51,308 nt of DNA. Origin: an uncultured archaeon. GTDB taxonomy: Archaea; Altiarchaeota; Altiarchaeia; IMC4; SCGC-AAA252-I15. Position numbers and translations under genes: made by a program. The notes under the pieces were generated by a model, which was given only the letters and a program-made list of their open reading frames with translations, was not told where the DNA came from and ran no database searches. The DNA is taken from positions 1 to 51,308 of the forward strand of contig CABMCB010000009.1 of the NCBI GenBank assembly GCA_902384455.1. Reading direction: 5' to 3'. How positions within the stretch are numbered: position 1 is the stretch's first letter; the number at the start of each line of letters is the position of its first letter. This document shows positions 26,585-36,262 of the stretch, in pieces.

Positions 26585-28657
26585 ATGGACAAAATAACAA
26601 TCATTCATAAACAGCAATGGTTGGTGGCGGTTTTAATCTTGATAACTTGGTGTGCTCCTGTAATCGGCGTGGAAGGCAACATATTTAGAGATAGTGGAAC
26701 GCAGTATCTCCAAACTCATTTTCCCAAGGAAGAAATAAAATTTCAGTCAGAAGGAGTGTACATTCAATCTGAAACTAATGAAAGCTACACAATTCTTAAG
26801 TCCTATCATAACGGGAAACCTATAACTCTTGCCATAAGGCACAAAGACAATTCTGTGGGGGAATATCCTAAAATAGAGTCTGATTACATCGATTACATAC
26901 ATAACCTCTCAAGGCCGTACCAGAAAATGTACTCAAGCCTCCGGATTAAAATTAACAATGAATTTAACCGATTCCCTGCGCGAAAGGACTTAACTCCTTC
27001 TGAACGTTCTACGAAGATTCCTGTTGGGTTTGACTGTGAGAATACGCATGATTTGGTGAAGATAGCACGGGAAATATACGGGCGTGGCATCTACCCTTAT
27101 GTGTGGAATGGAGATTCATTCAAATTTGTCAGTGCGGAACTTGATATGGAAACGATTCTCACAATAGCCGAAATGACAGAAACGAAAGCTATTTGGTTTA
27201 ACCATCCTGTTACTACCAGCATCATCTACTCAACCGGCTCCGATGGAGTAAATAGCACATATTTACAAGACCAGTTAGATCTTACGGGAGACGGTGTTAT
27301 TGTTTCGGTCGTAGACACAGGTGTCGGCCCTATAAACTTGCACCCCGACTTGCCGTTCATTCCCTTTAATAACAGAGTTTCATTCATTGGAGATTCTTAT
27401 GATCACAGTTCAAATGGTCACGGCACCTTAGTGGGCGGAATTATCACGGGTCAAAACTCAACGTATCGATCTATGGCTCCAGATGTCACGTTGTTGAGTG
27501 CAAAGGTGATGATAGATACGTCTGTCTTGTCGCCACAGATTCCAAGTACGATAGATCGTGTTATCTCTGGCTTAGACTGGTCGTCCGATGATACAGCAGA
27601 TATAGTTTCACTTAGCCTAGGTTTTGAAAAACGAGCCAGTAATCCGCAGATAGTAGTAGACGGTTCGGAAAAAATAACTAAAGTTGTTGATTATCTAATC
27701 TACAATAAAGCAGTAAACATTATCACTGCTGTCGGCAATGAAAAAACAGATTACCCGCGAGTCCCTGCTGACGCATACAACAGTATAAGTGTGGGGGCCA
27801 CTACCGGTCATGATGATGGATACAACAAAGTCTGGAGGAATATCCTAAGCGGGGGCAGTAATGGAGGTATGACTGATGATGGCCGCACCAAGGTTGATGT
27901 TGTTGCACCCGGCCAAGATATTTACTCTCTTAACAAAAATTGGAACGCTACTGGGCAATTATATACAGCAGCAACAGGTACTAGTCTTGCTGCACCTCAT
28001 GTATCTGGTTTAACCGCATTACTGTGGCAATACCGATATGATCATGGCTTTGAAGATTGGCACATAAACTCCTTAATTGTGAAAGCAGCAGTAATAAACT
28101 CTGCAAAGAAAATTAAGGATCACGACGGATCAGCGTGGGGAACCGACGGCAGCCAACAGCCACTGGATATGGAGCAGGGCTCTGGAAGGATAGATTCTAT
28201 AGAAGCATACAATACCATTAATAAATCAGGTCGAATCCTGTACGACTCTGTTATTGCAAATAGTCCCAATATATACTACATCAATGTGACTGATGCTCCA
28301 ACGAATATTACTCTATCCCTCGTATGGTATCGAAAGGTCGTATATGCTGACATAAACAATGCCTCATCTAATCCTGTAATAGACGATATTGACCTTAAGC
28401 TCTACAATATTTCTGAATACATTGATCCAACTCCAATGGTGTATGCGCAATCAACGAGCGTGCGGGATAGTGTTGAGCATATTTTCACAGAAGTAAAAAC
28501 TAATGGAGAATACGTAATTGAAGTATACCCTTTCGCAATCTATGACGAAAAAGCCGACTATGCGCTTGCTTCCAGTCATCCAATGTACCGGAAAATATCA
28601 ATTTCCCTCCCCAGTGATGGTTGGCACCTCATTTCCTTCCCCATGGAGTTTACATGA
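26585..28657 (+). CDS. Secreted S8 (subtilisin-like) serine protease
   Basis: Signal peptide, prodomain, triad VDTG / HGT / GTSLAAPHV, oxyanion AVGN, C-terminal beta domain (LSLVW..DIDL..VEHI). Confidence 0.93.
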   Translation: MDKITIIHKQQWLVAVLILITWCAPVIGVEGNIFRDSGTQYLQTHFPKEEIKFQSEGVYIQSETNESYTILKSYHNGKPITLAIRHKDNSVGEYPKIESDYIDYIHNLSRPYQKMYSSLRIKINNEFNRFPARKDLTPSERSTKIPVGFDCENTHDLVKIAREIYGRGIYPYVWNGDSFKFVSAELDMETILTIAEMTETKAIWFNHPVTTSIIYSTGSDGVNSTYLQDQLDLTGDGVIVSVVDTGVGPINLHPDLPFIPFNNRVSFIGDSYDHSSNGHGTLVGGIITGQNSTYRSMAPDVTLLSAKVMIDTSVLSPQIPSTIDRVISGLDWSSDDTADIVSLSLGFEKRASNPQIVVDGSEKITKVVDYLIYNKAVNIITAVGNEKTDYPRVPADAYNSISVGATTGHDDGYNKVWRNILSGGSNGGMTDDGRTKVDVVAPGQDIYSLNKNWNATGQLYTAATGTSLAAPHVSGLTALLWQYRYDHGFEDWHINSLIVKAAVINSAKKIKDHDGSAWGTDGSQQPLDMEQGSGRIDSIEAYNTINKSGRILYDSVIANSPNIYYINVTDAPTNITLSLVWYRKVVYADINNASSNPVIDDIDLKLYNISEYIDPTPMVYAQSTSVRDSVEHIFTEVKTNGEYVIEVYPFAIYDEKADYALASSHPMYRKISISLPSDGWHLISFPMEFT

Positions 28658-29799
28658 ATAAAATACCCAAAGCAATTACTTTAGGGATGTTAATACTAAC
28701 GACTCTTATTCTAGTTTCAGCTGTACCCCCCATCTCTCCGATATACTCCGGTTATGTATTTATCAATGGCTCTCTTGCAACAGAAGGGACAAATGTAACT
28801 GTGTATTCAAATAAGAGTGGAAATCAAGTTGGCATGACTTCTGTTTATGAAGGGGGAGTTTATTTCATGATACTCTACAGTAATATTAGTGTGAATGACT
28901 CCGATACGGGTCACTTTCTATCATGGAAAATTAACGGAGAAAATGTGACCTCTCCTCCGTCTAACTTCTTTGCAATTGTGTCTGGGGATCAACGTACAAA
29001 TACCTCCCTTAGCATCGGGGAAACACCATTGAGGATAATGAGCTATTCCCCACCTCAATCAGATCTGCGCGTTAATGAGGGTAGCGTAACGAAGTTCACT
29101 CTATATACAGTTTCTCCATGGGGCAATAACCTTACCTACAATTGGTTCATAAACGGCGAGATTAACTCCACTCAAATGAACTTTGGATATAATTTCACTG
29201 AAGGTAGTAACGGCACCAAGACTGTTCTAGTTATCGTGAGTAATGGCACAAACATAGTGTCCCAAGGTTGGAATATCACAATTAACCGGCATCCAAACAT
29301 CACCCCTGCTATCCCTAACCAAACAGTCAAATCCAATACTATCTATGACTTCAACTTGACTCCTTACGAATACGATATCGAGGACACTAATGAGAATCTT
29401 AGCTGGACAGTAAGCGAAGATAACCCCGCACTCGCTACCATATACGTGGATTTTGAAACTGATCTCCTAACTATCATCCCAGTTTCTGATGCTGTCGGAA
29501 CTGATGATGTTAAGCTGACGTTGTGGGATTCCAATAATGCAACTGCCACCCAGTGGATAACTCTTATTATAGAACGAAGATGTGACCCTCTAGATCCCCC
29601 CTCAGCAGGTGACTGGGACATAGGATATAATACCACTTGTACTGATGCTAACATCTCCTTAGATTCGAATGCCAACATAACAATAGATGCAGACAAAGAA
29701 CTTTACCTCAATAATTCGAACATAGTATTAAGCGGCAGAATATTCTTCAATAACAAGAGTATATTGGCCCTCAATGGATCAAGTATACACTTCAATTAG
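28654..29799 (+). CDS. Secreted Ig/cadherin-like domain surface protein
   Basis: The ATG at 28654 overlaps the protease stop. Signal peptide, then PIYSGYVFING, LTYNWFING, DIEDTNENLSWTV, LTLWDS; many N-x-S/T sequons. Confidence 0.7.
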   Translation: MNKIPKAITLGMLILTTLILVSAVPPISPIYSGYVFINGSLATEGTNVTVYSNKSGNQVGMTSVYEGGVYFMILYSNISVNDSDTGHFLSWKINGENVTSPPSNFFAIVSGDQRTNTSLSIGETPLRIMSYSPPQSDLRVNEGSVTKFTLYTVSPWGNNLTYNWFINGEINSTQMNFGYNFTEGSNGTKTVLVIVSNGTNIVSQGWNITINRHPNITPAIPNQTVKSNTIYDFNLTPYEYDIEDTNENLSWTVSEDNPALATIYVDFETDLLTIIPVSDAVGTDDVKLTLWDSNNATATQWITLIIERRCDPLDPPSAGDWDIGYNTTCTDANISLDSNANITIDADKELYLNNSNIVLSGRIFFNNKSILALNGSSIHFN

Positions 29800-29942
29800 A
29801 ATAATGGTATCCGATCTTGCTTTGGTGCGATTTTGTATATTACAATAGCTGTATGCCAAATATGCGCTATACCAGCTATCATACTTCATATAAATAGGAG
29901 CGCTCTTAATCGTTTATCCTTAGTTTCGTGAGGTGTTTTAGC

Positions 29943-31082
29943 ATGGCTGATAAAATCAAAGTTGGGGTCGTGGGACCGGGAACTATCGGGCACAAAGTCA
30001 TTTGGGCACTGCAAAAGCAAGGCGACGTAGAAGTCGTCGGCGCCGCGAAGACGAGTCCCGACTGGGTTGCGCGCTGGTGCATTGACGCCGGCCTTAAGAT
30101 GTATGCTTCAAGCAAGGACGGTCCGGCCGGCCTTGACGCTTCTGTCAAGGAGTTTCAGGATGCGTTGGGTGCGCAGAATGTTGGAGGCAGCATCCGCGAC
30201 ATGCTTTCTCATGTGGACGTCGTCGTTGACTGCAGCGACGGTAAAATTGGCGCCATGCTTAAGGAGCAGTATTACGCCCCCTACAACAAGGAGGCGAAAA
30301 AGAAGGTTCGGGTCATATTCCAGGGCGGCGAAAAAGCCAACATAGGCAAGAGCTTCAACAGTCGCTGCAACTACGATAAAGTACTAAGTGTCGGCGCATC
30401 TGATACTCCGTACCTTAGGACAGTATCCTGCAACACGACCACACTCGCTCGCTTCGCAGGAATGCTGATTGAAGGCGGATACCCAATAGAATTCCTTGAA
30501 ATAGCCTTAATGCGCCGCGCAGTTGACCCCGGCCAAGTGGGGAAGGCGATTCTTGACAGCATGGAAGTTGACCTTAAAATCCCAAGCCACCAGGCCCCAG
30601 ACCTAATGGAGGTGCTACCGATTCAGGCCTCAAGCCGCGCATACAAGATTACGTCTTCGCAGATGCACCTGCACGACGTCAGAATCACGTTCAAAAGCAA
30701 GGCGCCTTCGAAGGAGGAATTTGCTGCGGTGTTCGCTAAAGACAACCGCGTGGCTTTGTTGAACAGGTTTTCTGCTACAGGCGAGCTTAAGGAGCGCAGC
30801 CGCCGCCTGAACAAGCTGCATCCTGAGGTTGCTCTAGGCGGAGACTTGTTTGTGGTGGCCGCGGGTTTGGGCACTTATCAGGTCGTTAATGAGAAGCGTT
30901 CTTGGATTACTTTAGGCTGCCCGCAGGATTCTATTGTGGTCGTCGAGAATGTGGACGCTGTCAAGGCAATCACTTACGACACAAACAAGTTGAGTCGCGA
31001 CGCGGTAATGCAAAGCACAGATAAGGCGCTCAGTCTGCGTGAGATAAAGAAGGCGTTGGAAGAAAGCTACAAGGCGGAATAA
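29943..31082 (+). CDS. gap: Glyceraldehyde-3-phosphate dehydrogenase, archaeal type II (divergent)
   Basis: GPGTIG, KTSPD, IFQGGEK, SFN, VSCNTT (catalytic Cys), RRAVDP, PSHQ, QDSIVVVENVDA. GAGGTG SD before the ATG at 29943. Confidence 0.9.
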   Translation: MADKIKVGVVGPGTIGHKVIWALQKQGDVEVVGAAKTSPDWVARWCIDAGLKMYASSKDGPAGLDASVKEFQDALGAQNVGGSIRDMLSHVDVVVDCSDGKIGAMLKEQYYAPYNKEAKKKVRVIFQGGEKANIGKSFNSRCNYDKVLSVGASDTPYLRTVSCNTTTLARFAGMLIEGGYPIEFLEIALMRRAVDPGQVGKAILDSMEVDLKIPSHQAPDLMEVLPIQASSRAYKITSSQMHLHDVRITFKSKAPSKEEFAAVFAKDNRVALLNRFSATGELKERSRRLNKLHPEVALGGDLFVVAAGLGTYQVVNEKRSWITLGCPQDSIVVVENVDAVKAITYDTNKLSRDAVMQSTDKALSLREIKKALEESYKAE

Positions 31083-31085
31083 AAC

Positions 31086-32153
31086 ATGGCGAAGAAACTT
31101 TTCATTCCCGGACCAGTGGACGTGAGCCCTGAAGTTGCGGCGAAAATGAGCGAACCCATGATTAGCCACAGAAGCAAGGATCTCTACGACCTTCATGCCC
31201 ACCTAATCGAAAGCCTAAAGCGCCTCATGTACACTCAAAACCACGTAATAACATTCACAAGCAGCAGCACAGGCGTATGGGAGGCGGCCGTCAGAAACTG
31301 CGTTCAAAAGAAGGTTTTGTGCGTGGACAACGGCGCGTTCGCTAGCCGCTGGTTTGATGTGGCAGTCGCGTGCGGGAAGGAGGCGGACAAGCTTGAGATC
31401 CCTTGGGGGAGCACAGTCAAGCCGGAGCAGCTTGATGCTGCGTTGTCCAAAGGTGGATACGACTCCGTCACATTGGTCCACAACGAAACTTCTACTGCGG
31501 CGATGGCGAACCTTCAGTCTCTTGCTCCAGTGTTCAAAAGTCACGGCGTAACTTCGCTTGTGGACTGCGTTTCAAGCCTTGCGGGAGTAAAAATTGAGGT
31601 GGACAAACTCGGTTTGGACGTCTGCCTTTCAGGAACCCAGAAGGCATTGGCTGTCGCTCCGGGAATGGCTTTTGCCTCAGTGAGCCCAAAGGCGCTTGAA
31701 ATAAGTAAGACCCAGAAAGGCAAAGGATACTACTTCGACTTCATAGTGCACATGAAGTACTGGGAGAAAGACCACCAGACTCCTGCGACCCCAAGCATAC
31801 CTCACATGCGCTCACTCGACTACCAGCTGACTAAGATTCTCGACGTCGAAGGAGCTGAAAACCGCTTCAAACGGCATCATGAGATGGCGAATACAGCGCG
31901 CTCTTGGGCGAAAAAGCACTTTGAGCTTTTCACCGAAGAATGGTGCGCAAGCGACACCGTAACCTGCGTCAAAAACACGCGAAATGCCGACCTCTCAGCG
32001 CTCGGAAAAGAGCTTTCAGCGAAAGGATACCAGTTCAGCAACGGATACGGCAAACTCAAAGGACAAGCCTTCCGCATAGCCCACATGGGAGACAGAAAAC
32101 CCGAAGAACTCGCAACGTACCTTGCCGCAATAGACGACGTCCTCAAGCTATGA
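31086..32153 (+). CDS. Class V PLP aminotransferase (serine-pyruvate / archaeal phosphoserine aminotransferase family)
   Basis: LFIPGP, ISHRS, VHNETST, VDCVSS, SGTQKALAVAPG, QTPATP, FRIAHMG. Confidence 0.9.
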   Translation: MAKKLFIPGPVDVSPEVAAKMSEPMISHRSKDLYDLHAHLIESLKRLMYTQNHVITFTSSSTGVWEAAVRNCVQKKVLCVDNGAFASRWFDVAVACGKEADKLEIPWGSTVKPEQLDAALSKGGYDSVTLVHNETSTAAMANLQSLAPVFKSHGVTSLVDCVSSLAGVKIEVDKLGLDVCLSGTQKALAVAPGMAFASVSPKALEISKTQKGKGYYFDFIVHMKYWEKDHQTPATPSIPHMRSLDYQLTKILDVEGAENRFKRHHEMANTARSWAKKHFELFTEEWCASDTVTCVKNTRNADLSALGKELSAKGYQFSNGYGKLKGQAFRIAHMGDRKPEELATYLAAIDDVLKL

Positions 32154-32953
32154 GCGACTACATAAAACTCTTTAAGAAAATAGGCAAAACCGCAAAAACA
32201 ACGCTTGAAGACCTGCCAGACGGCGCGCAAATCACAGGGAAAAACCCGATAGGACAAAAAAGCATCAAAGCGGACATAGCGCTTGAAAAACTGGTCGCAG
32301 ACTTCCTACGCGAAAAAACAGGCGGCACGCTAATAACAGAAGAAGCAGGCAAAATAGACCTCGGCAAAGGAGAAGACGTTTTCGTATTAGACCCCCTTGA
32401 CGGAAGCAGCAACTACAGCCGAGGCGTACCATACTACGGCCTAATAATAGCGCGCTCGGCAGGCTTCACCTACAACGACATAACCCACGCCTACGTCATA
32501 AACCTCGCCTCCGGCACCGAATACTTCGCCGACGAAGAAGGCGCTTTTTCCGGCGGAAAACCCCTTGTGCCTTCACCAGTAACTTCGCTTAAGGACTCCG
32601 TGATAGAGATAGACACATTCAAGAACCCGCGAATATACGATACGCTGCGGCCGCTTCTTAAGTCTGTGAAGGATATCCGGCGTATTGGGGCAAGCGGGGT
32701 TGCCCTTGCTCATGTGGCATCAGGCGCCCACCAGATTTACTTGAACCCCCACAATCCAATAAGTGTCGTCCACGCGCCGGGCATATACGTCGCCGAGAAG
32801 GCGGGGGCTTTGTTTACGGACTGCAGGGGAAACTTCATTAATCCTAAACTCGACATATCAGTGAAAATAGAGTTTATGGTGGCCGCCAACAAGGAAATCC
32901 AGCGGCAGGCGCTCTCTCTTATGGGCGTCAAAACAGAGAGCGAAGTCGCCTAA
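32150..32953 (+). CDS. Inositol monophosphatase / FBPase family protein
   Basis: ATGA overlap gives start 32150. AD..E, ITEE, LDPLDGSSN, RRIGAS. Confidence 0.88.
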   Translation: MSDYIKLFKKIGKTAKTTLEDLPDGAQITGKNPIGQKSIKADIALEKLVADFLREKTGGTLITEEAGKIDLGKGEDVFVLDPLDGSSNYSRGVPYYGLIIARSAGFTYNDITHAYVINLASGTEYFADEEGAFSGGKPLVPSPVTSLKDSVIEIDTFKNPRIYDTLRPLLKSVKDIRRIGASGVALAHVASGAHQIYLNPHNPISVVHAPGIYVAEKAGALFTDCRGNFINPKLDISVKIEFMVAANKEIQRQALSLMGVKTESEVA

Positions 32954-32959
32954 ATTACT

Positions 32960-33580
32960 GTGGCCGTCCTAATTTACCTTCTGGCTTTGGGGTTTGTGAT
33001 AGGGTTAAGCGGGGCGCTTCTTCCTGGGCCGCTTCTTGTTTACACTATCTCTGAGTCTTTGAAGCGGGGGCGAATGGCTGGGCCTTTGATTATTTTGGGG
33101 CACGTTATCGTTGAGGTTTTTTTGATTGGGTTGATTGCTTTAGGGGTTGCAACTTTTGTTAGTTCCCCATTTTTCGTGGCTGCGGTAAGCGTCATTGGAG
33201 GTTTTGTTTTCGTTTTGATGGGGGTGCAGCTGTTCAGGACCGAATTCAAGTATGAGAAGAAGGAGGATTTCGCTCACCATATTGTGTTGGGCGGAATGTT
33301 TTTCTCGGCGTTCAATCCTGGGTTCCCAATTTGGTGGGCGACGGCCGGAAGCCGGATGCTTTTGGAGGGATACGCGGCTGCCGGATTGTTGGGTGTGGCG
33401 GTAATCGTTGTGGGACACTGGTTTGCGGACGTAGGCTACTTCACTTTAGTGTCTTTTGCGGTGCACCGCGGCCGCGAAAAAATCCTTACTGAAAAGTATG
33501 TGCAGTGGGTAAGGAAGGGTCTTGCTTTGGTGCTTGCTGCAGTCGGATTATACTTCTTACGCACCGGATTACCGGTATAA
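32960..33580 (+). CDS. LysE family transporter
   Basis: GLSGALLPGPLL, GH..VE, NPGFPIWWATAG, GHWFAD. Confidence 0.88.
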   Translation: MAVLIYLLALGFVIGLSGALLPGPLLVYTISESLKRGRMAGPLIILGHVIVEVFLIGLIALGVATFVSSPFFVAAVSVIGGFVFVLMGVQLFRTEFKYEKKEDFAHHIVLGGMFFSAFNPGFPIWWATAGSRMLLEGYAAAGLLGVAVIVVGHWFADVGYFTLVSFAVHRGREKILTEKYVQWVRKGLALVLAAVGLYFLRTGLPV

Positions 33581-33620
33581 CAGCGTTTTTCTTTACGCAA
33601 TGCGGATTTTATTAAACACA

Positions 33621-34619
33621 ATGAAGCTGAGAGAGCAAGGTCCCCGCGGTCCTGACGTCAATTTGATGCCGGTTCAGGGGGCGGGCGGGCAACAGCAGGA
33701 TGCGTCCACCGGCTATGAGGCTATTGCCGCGAAAGTGAGTAAAAGGACGGTTGCTCCTTCGCATCTTGTCGCATTCTTCATCCATGAATTAGGCGACTCA
33801 GAGGAGAGAACGCAGGTGGAAGACAGGTTTTTCAGAACGCCTGAGGGTAGACTGCGCATGGCCGGCGAAAGGAAGCCACTTAACATAACCCTCGCTTTGT
33901 TTGAAGTTCATCCTGAGTGGCTTGTCGGCAGGAGTCCTGAGGCGGTTAAGTCTATTATGGTCGATTTGGCTGGTAGAGTTGATTTGGTGGATACGTCGAA
34001 AAAAGACGAGTGCTCTAAAGAGGAAGTGCAGGCGGTTGACGGGGTTTTGAAGTCGGCGTTGGCTTTATCCGTTTTGGCGCCGGAAGTGTCTCCTACGCCG
34101 CCGGATAGGGCGCCGCTGCTTACTGTGGAGCCGAAGGGGGCGGGACCGTTAGGCGCCGTACAGGATTTTATCTACGCAAGGCGGACTGACCACGGAATCA
34201 TAATCCGAGACTTAAGCATAGGCCTACTTGACCACCGAATCATAGACCAGCATGACCTGCGTCTTTTCGGGCACCTTCAAAGGCACGAGCAAATGAAAGC
34301 CCTGACGCGAGTAATGAAGCAGGCAGAAGAAACAGGCCGGAAAGAAGAGGGTCTGAAGCTTTGCGCAGACTTTTTGAATTTAATGCCTACCACTACGCGC
34401 ACAAACTTATTCATATCTTTTGACATGCGAATTGGCGCAAGTTTGCTTGACAGAATGGACGTGAAAAAGGCGGCGGAAGTTTTGGATGACATGTTGGGCG
34501 GCGAATTAGATACTGTCAAAAAAATGGGGACCATACTATACCGCGCAACCCACCCGCAGGCGCAAAAAGAATACTTCGAGCTTCTGGGGCAAGACGCGCG
34601 AGTCGAAGTAACCCGCTGA
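33621..34619 (+). CDS. Hypothetical helical protein, C-terminus MgtE-N/FliG-like
   Basis: Likely start MKLREQ at 33621. LLDRMDVKKAAEVLDDM resembles MgtE-N repeats. Confidence 0.55.
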   Translation: MKLREQGPRGPDVNLMPVQGAGGQQQDASTGYEAIAAKVSKRTVAPSHLVAFFIHELGDSEERTQVEDRFFRTPEGRLRMAGERKPLNITLALFEVHPEWLVGRSPEAVKSIMVDLAGRVDLVDTSKKDECSKEEVQAVDGVLKSALALSVLAPEVSPTPPDRAPLLTVEPKGAGPLGAVQDFIYARRTDHGIIIRDLSIGLLDHRIIDQHDLRLFGHLQRHEQMKALTRVMKQAEETGRKEEGLKLCADFLNLMPTTTRTNLFISFDMRIGASLLDRMDVKKAAEVLDDMLGGELDTVKKMGTILYRATHPQAQKEYFELLGQDARVEVTR

Positions 34620-34626
34620 AAATTGT

Positions 34627-36216
34627 ATGATGACAGTCGCTTCAAAGCCACCTGAAGAACGCCCTGACTTTCCCGCAATAAAGACAGTTCACGGCTGGCG
34701 CGCGACTGAAAACCAGATTATTGCGGTACTTGACATGGCCCGCCTGAACAACGTCATAATCCACCCAGTAAAAAGAAGCGAAGAAAAAGCAGACCCCAAT
34801 TTTGAGCCTCTGTGGCGGCAGGAAGTAAGAGAAAAGGGATTCCAGGTGGGTGAAAGAAGAAGCCCCGGCGGACTAACATTCAGGACAATCAGAATAGCAG
34901 AAGACCTGACAAGAAAAGAATACCAGCAACTCACCGAAGCAATAAACCCCGCATACAAAGGGAGGCCCATCGAAGAACTGCTGGTTGAGGAAGGATTAAG
35001 GAGCCTGCTTCAAATCAGCACGCCCCACGTAAGCTCAAGCGATTCCAGCCGGCTAGTTTCAATAAGGCGTGCGGTCGCAGCATCCAAGACGATGCTTCAC
35101 ATGGCGGGAGATGCGGAAGGCGCAGAAGCCAAAGCCGACCTGCAGGAGAAGGCGTTAAAGACGCTGCAGAGAGCCTTCACAAAAAACATCCCCCACGTCG
35201 ACTACAGCGGAGAAGACCTGAGCGAAACACAAAGCCCCCACCGCACACTCAGAAACCTAGACGTAGTATGCGACCAAAAAACAACCCTCGCGCACGCAAT
35301 ACTAAACGCAATCGCACCGGCAGAAAGCGGCCTAAAGACTTTTCCTGCCAGTGTGACCGAGGATTGCAGGGGTTTGTGGATTTCTCATTCCTGCCTTTTT
35401 TGCTGTCTTTCCGATGGAAGCTACTTTGTTTTCGACGCAAACGACCCTAGTTCAAGCGGGAGGCTGGGGGGAGATGTTTTGCCTAACAACTCGGTTTCCC
35501 CCCCGACAAAAAGTAATCCCATAGTGGACGTGAGGTTAAACGGCGAGTCGGAAAAGTTGCCTCGCCGGCTGGACCTGTTAGACCCCGCAACCCACATGAT
35601 GGAGGCCCAATACCTTGCTCTCGGAATATCCTACGTTCACGGGGGCCGTTTGGATGCTGCTGAGGAAGCGTTTATTTCCGCGTTTAAGCTGGCTCCTAAT
35701 ACTGCTAAGGCATTCTATAATTTGGGTTTGTTGCATGCGTATGCGGGAGTGGCTTATAAGGCGGAAGGCGATGTTGATGGTTCTTATGCGGAATTCAGGA
35801 AGGCGTTGAAGAGTTTCGCGTCGTCTTTGGAAATAAACCCCCGAATAAGCAATACTTACGTCAACGTGGGCGTGATACAAAAGATGATGGGTCATCCAGA
35901 GGAGGCGGAGAAATCATACAGGACGGCTTTGGAAATGGACGGTAGTTCCCCTGAAGCGCACTTCAACTTGGGGAACCTGCTTTTGGATAGGGGTGAATTA
36001 AGAGAGGCAGAAGGCGAATTCAGGCGGGTGATAACTTACCGGAAGTCTTTTACGGAAGCGTACTTCAATCTGGCTGATGTTTGCGTTATGGAAGGTAAAA
36101 GTCGGGATGCTGCGGAAGCTTACCGCAGTTTCTTGTCTTCTTGCCCTGAAGGCAGGTACGTCCGCCAGAGGGAGATTGCGGAAGCATATTTGCGCGAAAA
36201 TGAGGATGCTGCGTAA
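34627..36216 (+). CDS. Transglutaminase-like (Cys-His-Asp) domain plus TPR repeats
   Basis: VCDQKTTLAHAIL..HSCL..VFDAN; TPRs AFYNLG, TYVNVG, AHFNLG, AYFNLA. Confidence 0.75.
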   Translation: MMTVASKPPEERPDFPAIKTVHGWRATENQIIAVLDMARLNNVIIHPVKRSEEKADPNFEPLWRQEVREKGFQVGERRSPGGLTFRTIRIAEDLTRKEYQQLTEAINPAYKGRPIEELLVEEGLRSLLQISTPHVSSSDSSRLVSIRRAVAASKTMLHMAGDAEGAEAKADLQEKALKTLQRAFTKNIPHVDYSGEDLSETQSPHRTLRNLDVVCDQKTTLAHAILNAIAPAESGLKTFPASVTEDCRGLWISHSCLFCCLSDGSYFVFDANDPSSSGRLGGDVLPNNSVSPPTKSNPIVDVRLNGESEKLPRRLDLLDPATHMMEAQYLALGISYVHGGRLDAAEEAFISAFKLAPNTAKAFYNLGLLHAYAGVAYKAEGDVDGSYAEFRKALKSFASSLEINPRISNTYVNVGVIQKMMGHPEEAEKSYRTALEMDGSSPEAHFNLGNLLLDRGELREAEGEFRRVITYRKSFTEAYFNLADVCVMEGKSRDAAEAYRSFLSSCPEGRYVRQREIAEAYLRENEDAA

Positions 36217-36262
36217 GATGGGCTTATGCCGGTATTTACTCCCGTTTTTCATATAATTCCGT

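Noticed and set aside
24893-29799. Provirus
   Set aside because: No capsid, terminase, portal or integrase; the fibre-like protein has a Sec signal.
31940-32149. N-terminal extension of the IMPase ORF (also the extensions at 28621, 33522, 48393)
   Set aside because: These overlap upstream genes or precede better starts; ATGA overlaps or SD-backed starts give 32150, 28654, 33621 and 48312.
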